Source: the human T2T-CHM13v2.0 reference genome, Homo sapiens. From it: 64,000 bases of DNA. How positions within the stretch are numbered: the stretch's first letter is position 1; each line of letters starts with the position of its first letter. A program made the position numbers and the translations under genes. The DNA is taken from the NCBI RefSeq assembly GCF_009914755.1, contig NC_060930.1; one strand, written 5' to 3'. Shown one piece after another: positions 52,298 to 64,000 of the stretch. Below the pieces are notes generated by a model that saw nothing but the letters and a program-made list of their open reading frames with translations, was not told the DNA's origin and did not search any database.

Positions 52298-55200
52298 GAT
52301 TAATATGGCAGATGGGAGGCAAGACTGTCTGGCAGCTTCTACTCAGTCAGATAGAGTAGCATGTGGAGACCCACACCTTGAACTTTTGCTCCAAGAACTA
52401 CCACAGAAACATGGCAGGAAAGCCGAAAGAATCCACACATCCTTGAAGGAACTATATCACCACTGCAGGCTCCCTGAGATGCCAAAAACTGTGAGTCTGC
52501 TTGGTTTCTCAATGGGGAGGCTTGTGGTCTGGGGCAAGTTCTCAGCCCTGGTCACCAGCTGCCTGGAAATATACTTGATGATGTTAGGGGAGCACAGTGG
52601 TAGTGAGACTGGCCTTTAGGACTATGAGCTGCGTGGGAGCAGAGTGAGGCCCACGACTGCCAGCTTTTGCTGGAGACCTGTATGATACAGCAGAGGAAGC
52701 CATAATACCCCTAGGAATATAACTCCATTGGACTGGGAACCACACTTCTATGCCCCATAGCAGCCACAGCAAGCCCTGCCCAAAAAGAGGCTGAGCTCAG
52801 ACATGGCTATCCCTGGCCCCACCTGGTGGTCTCTCTCTACCCACCCTGGTAGTCAAAGACAAAGGTCTTAATCTTTTGGGAACTCCATGGCCCTGCCCAC
52901 CACCTGAGAAACCTGAATACTTAACCAGGTGTCCCTAGAGTGACAAAGAAACAATAGACTTAAACTGTACCCTACAACAAATGGATTTAACAGATATTTA
53001 CAGAATATTCTACTCAACAACTACAGAATATACATTCTATTATCAGCACATGGAACATTCTCCAAGATAGACCATATAATAGGCCTCAAAACAAATCTCA
53101 GTAAATTTAAGAAAATCAAAATTATATCAAATACTCTCTCAGAACACAGTAAAATAGAATTATAAATCAACTCCAAAAGGAACCTTCAAAATCATGCAAA
53201 TACATAGAAATTAAATAACTTGCTCCTGAATGATTGTTGGGTCAACAATGAAATCAAGATGGAAATTTAAACATTCTTTAAACTAAATGATAATAGTGAT
53301 ACAACCTATCAAAACCTATGGGATACAGCAAAAGCAGTGCTAAGAGGAAAGTTCATAGACTTAAGTGCCTACATCAAAAAGTCTGAAAGAGCACAAATAA
53401 ACAATCTAAGATCACACCTCACAGAACGGGAGAAACAAGAACAAACCAAACTTAAACCCAGCAGAAGAAACAAATGACAAAGATCAGAGAAGAACTAAAT
53501 GAAATTGAAACAAAAAAATACAAAAGATAAATGAAACAAAAAGGCAGTTCTTTGTAAAGATAAATAAAATTGATAGACCATTAGCAAGATTAACCAAGAA
53601 AAGAAGAGAGTAGATGCAAATAAGCTCAATTAGACATGAAACAGGAGATATTATATGAACACCTTTATGTGTATAAGCTAGAAAGCCTAGAGGAGATGAA
53701 TAAATTCCTGGAAATATACAACCCTCCTAAATTAAACCAGGAAGACATAGAAACTCTGAGCAGACCAATAACAAACAACAAGATTGAAATGGTAATTTAA
53801 AAATTGCCAATAACAACAAAAAAATGTCCAGGACCAGACGGATTCACAGCTGAATTCTATCAGACATTCAATGAATTGGTACTAATCCTATTGACACTAT
53901 TTCAAATGAAAGAAAAAGGGGGAATCCTCCCTAAATTATTCTTTGAAGCCATTATCACTCTAATACCAGAACTGGGGAAGGACATAACAAAAAGAGAAAA
54001 CTACAGACCAATCTCCCTGATGAACATAGATGCAAAAATCTTGAACAAAATACTAGGGAATTGAATCCAACAGCATATCAAAAAGATAATCCACCATGAT
54101 CAAGTGGATTTCATACCAAGGATGTGGGGATGGTTTAAGACACATTTACATTAACAGATATTTACAGAACATTCTACCCAACAACTGCAGAATATACATT
54201 CTGTTCATCAGCACATGGAACATTCTCCAAGATAGACCATATGATAGGCCACAAAACAAATATTGGTAAATTAAGAAAATCAAAATTATATCAAATACTC
54301 GCTCAGACCACAGTAAAATAGAATTAGAAATCAACTCCAAAATGAAGCCAACTTATAGGTCAATAAATGCAATACACCACATAAACAGAATTAAAATCAA
54401 AAATCATATGATCATCTCAATAGATGCAGAAAAAGCATTTGACGAAATCCAGCATCCCTTTGTGATTAAAACCCTAGGCAAAATCAGCACACAAGGGACA
54501 TACCTTAAGGTAATAACAGCCATCTATGACATACACACAGCCAACATTATTAAACAGACAAGGATGCACATGTTCACTACTTCTATTCATCATAGTATTG
54601 GGAGTTCTAGTCAGAGCAATCAGACAAGGGGAAGAAAGAAATAAAGGACATCCAAATCAGTAAAGAGAAAATCAAACTGTCGCTTTTTGCTGATGCTATG
54701 ATCGTATACCTAGAAAAAACTAAAGACTCACCCAAAAAGCTCCTAGAACTGATAAATGAATTCAGCAAAGTTTTGGGATACAAAATTAATGTACACAAAT
54801 CGGTAGCTCTGGTATACCCCAACAGTGACCAAGCTGAGAATCAATTCAAGAACTCAACCCCTTTCACAATAGCTGAAAAAAAAAAAAAAAACCTTAGGAA
54901 TACACCTAATCAAGGATGTGAAAGACCTCTACAAGGAAAACTATAAAACACTGTTGAGAGAAATTATAGACAACACAAATAGAAACATATCTCATGCTTA
55001 TGGATAGGTAGGATCAATATTGTGAAAATGACCATGCTGCCAAAAACAATCTACAAATTCTGTGCAATTCTTACCAAACTACCACTATCATTCTTCACAG
55101 ACTAAGAAAAAACAATCCTAAAATTCATATGGACCAAAAAAGAGCCCTCATATTCAAAGCAAGTCTAAGCAAAAAGAACAAATCTGGAGGCATCACATTA

Positions 55201-56625
55201 CCTGACTTCAAACTAAACTATAAGGCCATAGTTACCAAAACAGAATGGTACTGGCATAACAAAAGGCACATAGACCAATGGAAAAGAATAGAGAACCCAG
55301 AAATAAAGCCAAATACTTACAGTCAACTGATCTTCAAAAAAGCAAACAAAAACATAAGGTCAGGAAAGGACACCTTATTTAACAAAAGATGCTGGGATAA
55401 TTGGCGAGCCACATGTAGAAGAATGAAATTGGATCCTCATCTCTCACCTTATTAAAAAATCAACTCAAGATCGTTCAAGGACTTAAATCTAAGACCTGAA
55501 ACCATAAAGATTCTAGAAGATTAACAGCGGAAAAACTCTTGTAGATGTTGACTTAGGCAAAGACTTTATGACCAAGAACCCAAAAGCAAATGCAACAAAA
55601 CAAAGATAAATAGATGAGACCTAATTAAACTAAAAAGCTTCTGCACAGCAAAAAAACAAGCAGGGGAGTAAACAGACAACCCAGAGTGTGGGAGAAAATC
55701 TTCACAATCTATATGTCTGACAAAGGACTAATATCCAGAATCTACAAGGAACTCAAACAAATCAGGAAGAAAAAACAAACAATCCTTTCAAAAAGTGGGC
55801 TAAAGACATGAATAGACAATTCTCAAAACAAGATATACAAATGGCCAAAGGCATAAGAAAAAATGTTCAACATCACTAATTATCGGGGAAGTATAAATCA
55901 AAACCACAATGCAACACCACCTCACTCCTACAAGAATGGCCATAATCAAAATATCAAAAAATAATAGATGGTGGCATGGATGTGGTGAAAAGGGAACACT
56001 TTTTCACTGCTGATAGGAATGTAAACTAGTACAACCACCATGGAAAACAGTGTGGAGATTCCTTAAAGAACTAACACTTTGGCCCAGAAATAACACTACT
56101 AGGTATCTACCCAGAGGGAAAGAAGGCATTATATAAAAAAGATACTTGCACACACGTTTAGAGCAGTACAATTTGCAATTGCAAAAATATGAAATCAGCC
56201 CAAATGCCCATCATTCAACTAGTGGATAAAGAAAATGTGGTATATATACCATGGAATACTACTCAGCCATAAAAAGAAATGAAATAATGACATTTGTAGC
56301 AACCTGGATGGAATTGGAGACTATTATTCTAAGTGAAGTAACTCAGGAATGAAAAACCAAACACCATATGCTCTCAGTCATGTGTGGGAGCTAAGCTCTG
56401 AGGACACAAAGGCATAAAAATGATACATTGGACTTTTGGGACTTGGGGGAAAGGGTGAGGGATGGTGAGGAATAAAAGGCTGCACATTGGGTAGAGTATA
56501 CACTGCTTGGGTGATGAGTGCACCAAAATATGAGAAATCACCACTAAAGAACTTATTCATGTAACCAAACACCACCTGTTCCTCCAAAACCAAAATAGGA
56601 AATAAAATAATTTTAAAAATTATTT
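52298..56625 (+). mobile_element. L1PB-family LINE-1 with both ends present, a large internal deletion and an internal duplication; dead ORF2
   Basis: L1PB-like 5' UTR at 52298-~52940 joins directly to mid-endonuclease ORF2. ORF2 fragments in the track: [15 protein letters not shown]...[54 protein letters not shown]1PB-type 3' UTR runs to ~56600. Candidate TSD TAAAAGGGATGATGA (52283-52297) / TAAAGAGGATGATGA (56626-56640). Confidence 0.92.
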
Positions 56626-56632
56626 TAAAGAG

Positions 56633-56688
56633 GATGATGATGATGATGATGAAGATGAAGATGATGATAATGGAGAAGAAGGAGGAGG
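56633..56688 (+). repeat. (GAT/GAA/GAG)n trinucleotide repeat
   Basis: Direct reading. Begins within the 3' TSD of the L1PB. Confidence 0.85.
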
Positions 56689-57894
56689 TGTTTGCTGCAG
56701 TAACTAGTTGGAGAAGGGCTCTTTGACAAGTGGCTGCCCTGAGATTCTCATAACACATGGGAAAGCATATAGGTGACCTGTATATATTTGGCTCACTCCA
56801 AAGCTCAACTTGGTCCACAGGTACACAAAGTTATACTTTGGCCACTGCAGATCAGCTAATTTTTTTTCCTCTTGAAGCCAAGGCAATAAACTATATTTTT
56901 TCTTATTGTAAATGTTGAGCACTCCTCATTATTGAGTAGTTCAAGCATCACCTATCTGGCTGACATTAAAACCTAAATTCATGCATTTTTTTTAAGTTCT
57001 GAGTGTTTGTAAAAAGAATTTCCCAACCAAAGTATTTACATTTATTGCAAGTAATTTTTGTTTAATATTTTTAAGAAGTAGGCCAATCTGGCAATATAGT
57101 GATTTAGTTTTACAGTTAATTAAAAGAGAAAAGCCTCCTTCTGCCTAAATGATCTGTGGAAACCAATAAAAGTCACTTTGGGGCCTGGATAATTATCTCA
57201 ACCCTTTTAACTCTGCTGTTCTAGGCTCATAGTAGACGCTCAATGGAAACTTGTTGATTGATCTGCCTTTGACTATGAAGACTTGACCCAATAATTCTGA
57301 AGGCCAAATGCCCTGGGCACTCAGGAAAAATATGTTTGTTTACTGCTGCTCATGTCAGAGTCATAAAACCCTATAGAGAGTAAAAATTTCTATAGTCATT
57401 AGAAAAATAAAATAAGGTAACACAAAATGATGGGAAAATACATGATACTTTCTTTAGTAACAATTTATGTTGTCCTACAAGTCAATGAATCAAAAGTTAT
57501 CTCTTACATCTTAACCCAAACCAAAGGTAATATTATTATCATTCTCTGATTGGTAAATTTAAGTTTTAACAATTTTTTCTCCATTGAAAAGGTAGAAAGC
57601 AGTGAGTTTTCATATTTTTGTCTGTATGCTAGATTCAGCAACATTGAAATTCAGGATGATTCTTTATGCTTTGGTTTTTAAAGATGTAAAGAAAAGGTGA
57701 TATCTATCTTGAATTAAATTAGAGGATACGTGTAAGGATCTGTACTCTCTCTGCAGAGGTCTAGTGGTGCATGAAGTGATTCCCTTGGAGCATTCATTTT
57801 GGACACTGGACTTCAACTGACTCCTAAGATAGTATAAATGGATATGAAGACTTATATTCAGTTTCTGAAAAAAATTTAATAGAAATAATCATAT

Positions 57895-58132
57895 CTTATT
57901 TTTAGTGCAATTTTAAGGCATCATTTACATAAAATAAAGTGCACAGATTTTAAGTGCTCAACTTGGTGGGTATTGACATTTAATATATAGCATTTCCATT
58001 AGCCTAGAAAGTTCTTTATGCCCCTTTCCAGTCAATTCTTAACCATTTGGAGGCAACCATATTTTAGTTTCTATTACCACAGGTTATTTTGCCTGTTCTT
58101 GAACTTCATGTAAATAGAATTGTACAGCATTG
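57895..58132 (-). mobile_element. L1MB/L1ME 3' fragment
   Basis: AAAGTGCACAGATTTTAAGTG...CCTAGAAAGTTCTTTATGCCCCTTTCCAGTC...TTTTGCCTGTTCTTGAACTTCATGTAAAT. Confidence 0.7.
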
Positions 58133-58192
58133 ATACCTTACTTCTGGCCATAAAATTACAAAGCACTTTTAATTTTATTATTTCATTAGATT

Positions 58193-59331
58193 TTTTTTAA
58201 TTTCCAATTTTTTTTTAAGTTCAGGGGTACACGTGCAGTATGTGCAGGTTTGTTACACAGGTAAACATGTGCCATGGTAGTTTGCTGCACAGATCATCCC
58301 ATTAACCAGGCATTAAGCCCAGTATCCATCAGCTATTCTTCCTGATTCTCCCCCTCCTCCTCCCACCCCTGCCCTCTGACAGGGCCCAGTGTGTGTTGTT
58401 TTCCCCCATGTGTTCATGTCTTCTCATCATTTAGCTCCAACTTGTGAGTGAGAACATGTATTTGGTTTTCTGTTCCTGCATTAGTTTGCTAAAGATAATG
58501 GCCTCCAGCTCCATCCATGTCCAAAGGACATGATCTCATTCCTTTTTATGACTGAATAGTATTCCATGGTGTATATGTACCACATTTTCTTTATCTAGTC
58601 TATCACTGATGGGCATTTAGATTGACTCCATGTATTTGCTATTGTGAATAGTGCTGCAGTGAACACATGCACACATGTGTCTTTATAATAGAAATATTTA
58701 TATTCCTTTGTGTCTATGCCCAGAGCAAAAATCCTCAACAAAATACTGGCAAACTAAATCAAGCAGCACATCAAAAAACTTATCCACCATGATCAAGTAG
58801 GCTTCATCCCCGAGATGCAAGGCTGGTTCAACATACGCAAATCAATACATGTGATTCATCACATACACAGAACTAAAGACCACATGATTATCTCAATAGA
58901 TGCAGAAAATGCCTTTGATAAAATTCATCATCTCTTTATTTAAAAACTTTTAATAGACTATATATTAAAGGAACATACCTCAAGATAATAAAAGCCATAT
59001 ATGACCAACCCACAGCCAATAGCATACTGAATGGGCAAAAGCTGAAAGCATTCCCCTTGAAAACCGGAACAAGACAAAGTGGCCCTCTCTCACCACCCCT
59101 ATTCAACATAGTATTGGAAGTTCTGGCCAGGGCAATCAGGCAAGAGAAAGAAAGAAATGGTATTCAAATAGGAAGAGAGGAAATCAAACTATCTTCTTTG
59201 CAGATGGCATGATCCTGTATCTACAAAACCCCATCGTCTCAGTCCAAAAGCTTCTTAAGTTGATAAGCAACTTCAGCAAAGTCTCAGGATACAAAATCAA
59301 TGTGCAAAAATTGATAGCATTCCTGTACATT
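58193..59331 (-). mobile_element. Older L1PA element with 5' inversion and internal deletion
   Basis: Antisense L1PA 3' end at 58193-~58723 joins sense-oriented RT-region sequence at ~58724-59330. Flanked by ATTAGATT (58185-58192, 59332-59339) inside an interrupted MIR. Confidence 0.88.
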
Positions 59332-61279
59332 ATTAGATTCTTATGTCAACAGATAGCGCTAAAGGTACCAAGATACTAATTTTTACAGACGGGGCCGCTG
59401 AAACTCATTGAGTTTTCATGACTTGCTTAAAGTCATAGTAGAAGACTTCAGAGGCAGAATCAAACTTGGGTGTTCTGATTCCAGGTTCAGCACTCCTGTT
59501 GAATTCTACTGGATTCTGGAAAGATATTTGGACTCATTATCATAACAGAACAATGATAATAATACTTGAGTCTGAATTTCAATTTTGCTCTTCTTTATGG
59601 ATGTGATTTTTGGTAAGTTATTTTGTTCATTTCAGTTACTTCCTCTATAAAACGAGAATAGTGATATTCTCATTCCTGGACCTGACATATTCTTGTTTGT
59701 ACTCTAAGTCTTTCATTTCTTCATGATTTCTGCTAAAGACCCTGTAAATCCTCTAGTCAGCAAGCAGTTATAAAATAAATATTCAGGCTATTACACACTT
59801 GGTTTAAGTCTTTTGATCATGTGTTGTTTCCATTTTTCTCTCTCTACAAAATCAGGAGCTCCATGAAAACTGAGTCCATTTCTTGCTCACTTCCATTTAT
59901 CAAGTGACTAGAAAAATATCTGGCCCAGAAGTGATGGTCATTATGAGTTCACTGAACCTGTAACAAGTAACGAGACATAAGGGCAGGCAAAGCTCTTTTG
60001 TCTCTACCTACCTACCTGAGTGGTTCTTGCCAGATGGAAGTTGCACATCTATGGCTCTTGTAAATATGATGACGCCATCCTGGGAAAAATTTGTGGGTTC
60101 TAATAAGAAGGCATAAAAAATTAGATGAGATAATTTCCATGGTCATGTTAAAAGTGTTAAATTATACCAACCTACAAATAATCACATTTGTAAGTTGCAT
60201 AAAATGCAAATCAGTTTAGGAGCAGAGAGTCAACCTACCTCTTAGAGATGGATGCCTGTAGGGCCAATGGAAGGACCACTTTGCCTACTGCTACACTTCC
60301 TCAGGTGGCCTCCTACTAATTCCCCAACTCTGCTTTTTGCCAGCTACCTATTGTTAACTGCAGTGCTGTGGTGGTATTAAGGGAAACAATAATGTCTGTT
60401 AATGCTGTCAACACCTTGGCAATATCTGCCTTTCTTCAATTACTTTTGTTTACAAATTGCTCCTAATTTTGTTCTTAAAGCTAGTTAAGAACAAGTGCTG
60501 CTAGGATTGATGGGAAGCTAACTGCATGATTAAGTAATTACGGTTTTAAAGCTTGCCTTACACTAGGACTAATGATATGTCACCCAGTAGCAGAAACCCC
60601 AGATAATGAATGAGAAATGTTTATATGTTCTTAGTTGCTTTTAAATCTCCCTTCACGCTAGAGCTGATGCTATGCATGGGTACTGGGATGAAGAAAAGCA
60701 GTGACAGCTCAGCCTCCCCAGCCATTATGTGGAACTGCAAACTCCCATGAAGGCCTCTTTTCTGCTCCAGCCGACGCTTTATTTTTTGTAGGGTTGATTG
60801 TTCAGTTGGTCCACTGATGAAAATGCTACAACGTTTTGTTGAATAAAGAGCTGAATGAATTTAAATAGTAGGTGATTGTCCTTTCACTGCAGGGACCAGA
60901 TTTAGAGTTGATCTTTTGCGTATATAGAATAGGATTAGAGTCAGGGCTGAAGGGTTCCTGTCACCCCTCCTCCACCTGTGGACTCTTGTGTGCGTATTAG
61001 GGGAGGTGGATGTTGGAGGAGAAAGACACAAGGGATGGGAGAATGAGGAAAGGAGGTCCTTCATACTGACATCCGAAGATTCTTAGATCATTTTTAGGGG
61101 TACATGACCTCTAAAGAGTAGAGAGAGGCATCAACTCTTTTTGGGGGCTGTAATCCTGGAGGTGGAGTTAGAACTCATTACCCTCTACTCATTGTAATAT
61201 TTCCTCAACTATGAAATAAGTTTTCCAATTGCACAGCAGTTTTTTTTTCTAGGTAAAAAAAGTGGGAACATAATTTTTT

Positions 61280-61615
61280 ATGTGTGTATATGTATAAAAT
61301 TACTATGTTTAAATATATTTCATATATAATTTTATGTATAAATTTTATATGCATATGCATTTACATATAATTTATATTCACATTTTATTGAATATCTATT
61401 TATATATATGTATATATAGCAATACCTGCAGATGAAAAGCATAGCACAATAAATACAAGTTCCTATATGTGTAAATTTATTATAATGAATGTTTATATAT
61501 TTATATTACACATAAATTCATCAGTATATGATATGTGTAAATGCATACTATACCCACATAGACACATATTTACATATTACATATCTATACACACATTCTC
61601 AGAAGATATATACTT
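61280..61615. repeat. TA-rich low-complexity tract
   Basis: Direct reading. Confidence 0.75.
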
Positions 61616-62519
61616 TAGCAATAATGTTAGAAAATGCATGAGCTAATGGGTGTGTTCTAATGTGATGTTTTCATCTATTGGCTTATACAGAATGTGGAGA
61701 GTAAAACAATTCTGGGTGTAAAAGTAGGTTCACATTGGCCAGTTGCTTATTTTACTTAAACTCTAGCAGATTTTCTTCCGATAAAATTTGGATTATAAAT
61801 ATCAATCACATGAAGTTGCTGTGAGGAGTAAATGGGATTTATATGGAATTTATCCAACGGTTCTGCACGTAGTAGGCACTCAATAAATAATTTTCTTGCC
61901 TAAGAACTGTAATTTTACTCAAAAGTTGAGTAATAGTGACCCCTGAGAGAAGCAACAGACAATACAATTTTCTCTGCTTGTGAAATTCAAACTAGTTATC
62001 TCTTACTGCTGAATAATAATGGCTGTAATAGACTGAGGAGATTTCCATTTAAATAAGTGGATGATTTTAGCTGACTCTGGAAATGTAAATGTACCCTAAT
62101 TAATGAATGCCTTAATCGTTCTTCCTGTTTCTTCTTTATAGACACATTGTTTCCTGCCTAGGGGTGAATACATTTGGTGTACATACATTCAGATATGAAT
62201 ATACATACGCATATACATTTTCAATGTACCAGCTTTAATGGAGAAGAACAAAGGATATTCATTAGTTAGAGCTACAAAAATCTCTTCAAGGACTTCCATT
62301 TGCATCAGAATAAAGTCTATCTTTCTTAGTCTGGCATTCAAGGCCTTCTGAATCTGACTTCAACTATGTTTCACGAGATATTTCATCTTCCCTGGCAACT
62401 GGCTGTCTTTTGAATTTCCAGCAGACTTATTCTTTCTATCAATAATATGACATTTATGGCTCTATTTAAAAGACTTTTGATGCCTCACTTCCCAGAACAA
62501 AGAAACTAGGTTTTGAATT

Positions 62520-63300
62520 TAACTGATGAATACTTTCCATTACTTAAAAATATATATTTTTTAGCATATAATATTACAGGTTTAAGTTAGAAAAATTTTA
62601 ATATATAACACACTAGGAAAAAATTACCTTTGATCCTATTACAAAAAGATAAAACTTATAACATCATAAAAAGATATTAGTTAAGTTCCTTAGAAGATTT
62701 TTTCATGTTTTAAAAAAATAGAACCCTATCAGATTATTTATATACATATTCCATGTCAATTTTTGAAAATTTAGAATTCTGTTAGGCATATATATTTTAT
62801 ATCATGCATTTTCAGTAATATTTTATAGGTGTTTTCACAATTTTATGATACATTATTTTATGAAACATTATTTATGAAACATTTTTAATAACATGTTAAT
62901 AATGCTCCTATGAAAGAGTACTATAGTTAATTTACCACATCCATTTATTGTTGGTAATGTATGTTATTGTACTCGTATTCCTCTAACCAATACTGATGAA
63001 AGAAATTGCTTTTATTCCCAAATCTTCATTTCATGTCTGGTTCTACTCTCAGAATATACATTCTTTAAGTTGCATCATTATCGTCAAAAAATATAAATTT
63101 TTAAACACGTATAACTAAATCATTTTCCAGAACAATTCTATTCACTTACACCCTTCGCCAAACAATATTGAGTATCTCTCTCACTGCCTCTCAAAATATC
63201 GCATGGCCTTACTTTTTAAAAACATTTTTGGCACATAACTCAGTACAAATTTTCATATCTATGTTTACTACAAATATAAAATATTTTCAAATTGTAAACT
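62520..63300 (-). mobile_element. Degenerate L1ME 3' region
   Basis: Antisense L1M-type motifs (TTTACCACATCCATTTATTGTTGG, TTCCAGAACAATT...CACTTACACCC). Confidence 0.5.
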
Positions 63301-64000
63301 TTTCCATTCTGGAAAAGAAATCTGGGATCAACCTTGTTTCTTTAAAATTAGCTTTTTTTTCCCCTCATCTGGTACTTGACTTTTAAGAAATTTATTCCAG
63401 AAAATTGAAAGTTTGCATAAAATATATCTAGATATTGGTCTCTTTTACTTCTCTCTTGTTGCTTTTCTTGAACATGTTCAGTGATTTCACTGTGCAGATT
63501 ATAATTCTGGGGAGGTTAATATATCCACTGATGTTTCAAAAAATAGCCTGCAGTTCTTTTGCTAGAGAGGCAGGTTGTTCTTCCTGCCTCTACCCATCTA
63601 ATTCAGGATGAACATTCCAGGATGCCGGATATGAGTATTCACTACTTGTCACTCCTGGCCACTGCATATTTGATGTCATCGTCTCTCAGAGGGACACCAC
63701 AACAGAGGTCCTGATGGAATTGAAAACAGGGAACTTATGGAGGGAGTAGACACATCTGAGCACCTGAATCACTGGGGTCAAACCTAGAGTAAATAATTCA
63801 TGATACATCCCAATTTTTTGATATAAGAGAATTTGGGGGTGGAGGCATTACAGAGGGGAGTGACTGAATTTGTTTATTCTCTCTCTCTTTTTTTTTTTTA
63901 ACAATTTTTTACTAGTTTTGCTTAGTTGCTTTGTTTTGTGGGTCTTGAAACGAGTTGGTGACTAAGATTTCCTGATTCATCCACCCACGCTCTCCTACAG

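Noticed and set aside
53804-55455. L1 ORF2 fragments as functional CDS
   Set aside because: Many stops, frameshifts and deletions, and ORF1 is missing. The element is dead.

Overview
AT-rich primate genomic DNA, human or great ape judging by an AluY and an AluYc1-type element. It looks like a gene desert or a large intron, and I recognise no intact protein-coding exon. The main feature is a young, TSD-flanked processed pseudogene of WTAP (m6A writer-complex subunit) on the - strand (38597-42089). It was copied from the short isoform ending ...FTPDR*, carries a +1 frameshift, keeps a CpG-rich 5' UTR, and has a ~2.8 kb 3' extension that runs past a complete poly(A) signal. The rest is interspersed repeats: three Alus (one near-pristine and possibly polymorphic), three structurally unusual L1s, MaLR LTRs, hAT MITEs, MIR/L2 relics and a possible very old Gypsy gag-protease relic. 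There are also microsatellites, a 180-bp local duplication, several perfect hairpins, and repeat-free blocks rich in homeodomain motifs that look like conserved enhancers. Repeat subfamily calls and many boundaries are by eye and from memory of consensus sequences, so they are approximate. I found no convincing new multi-gene system; most ORFs in the track are repeat-derived or spurious.
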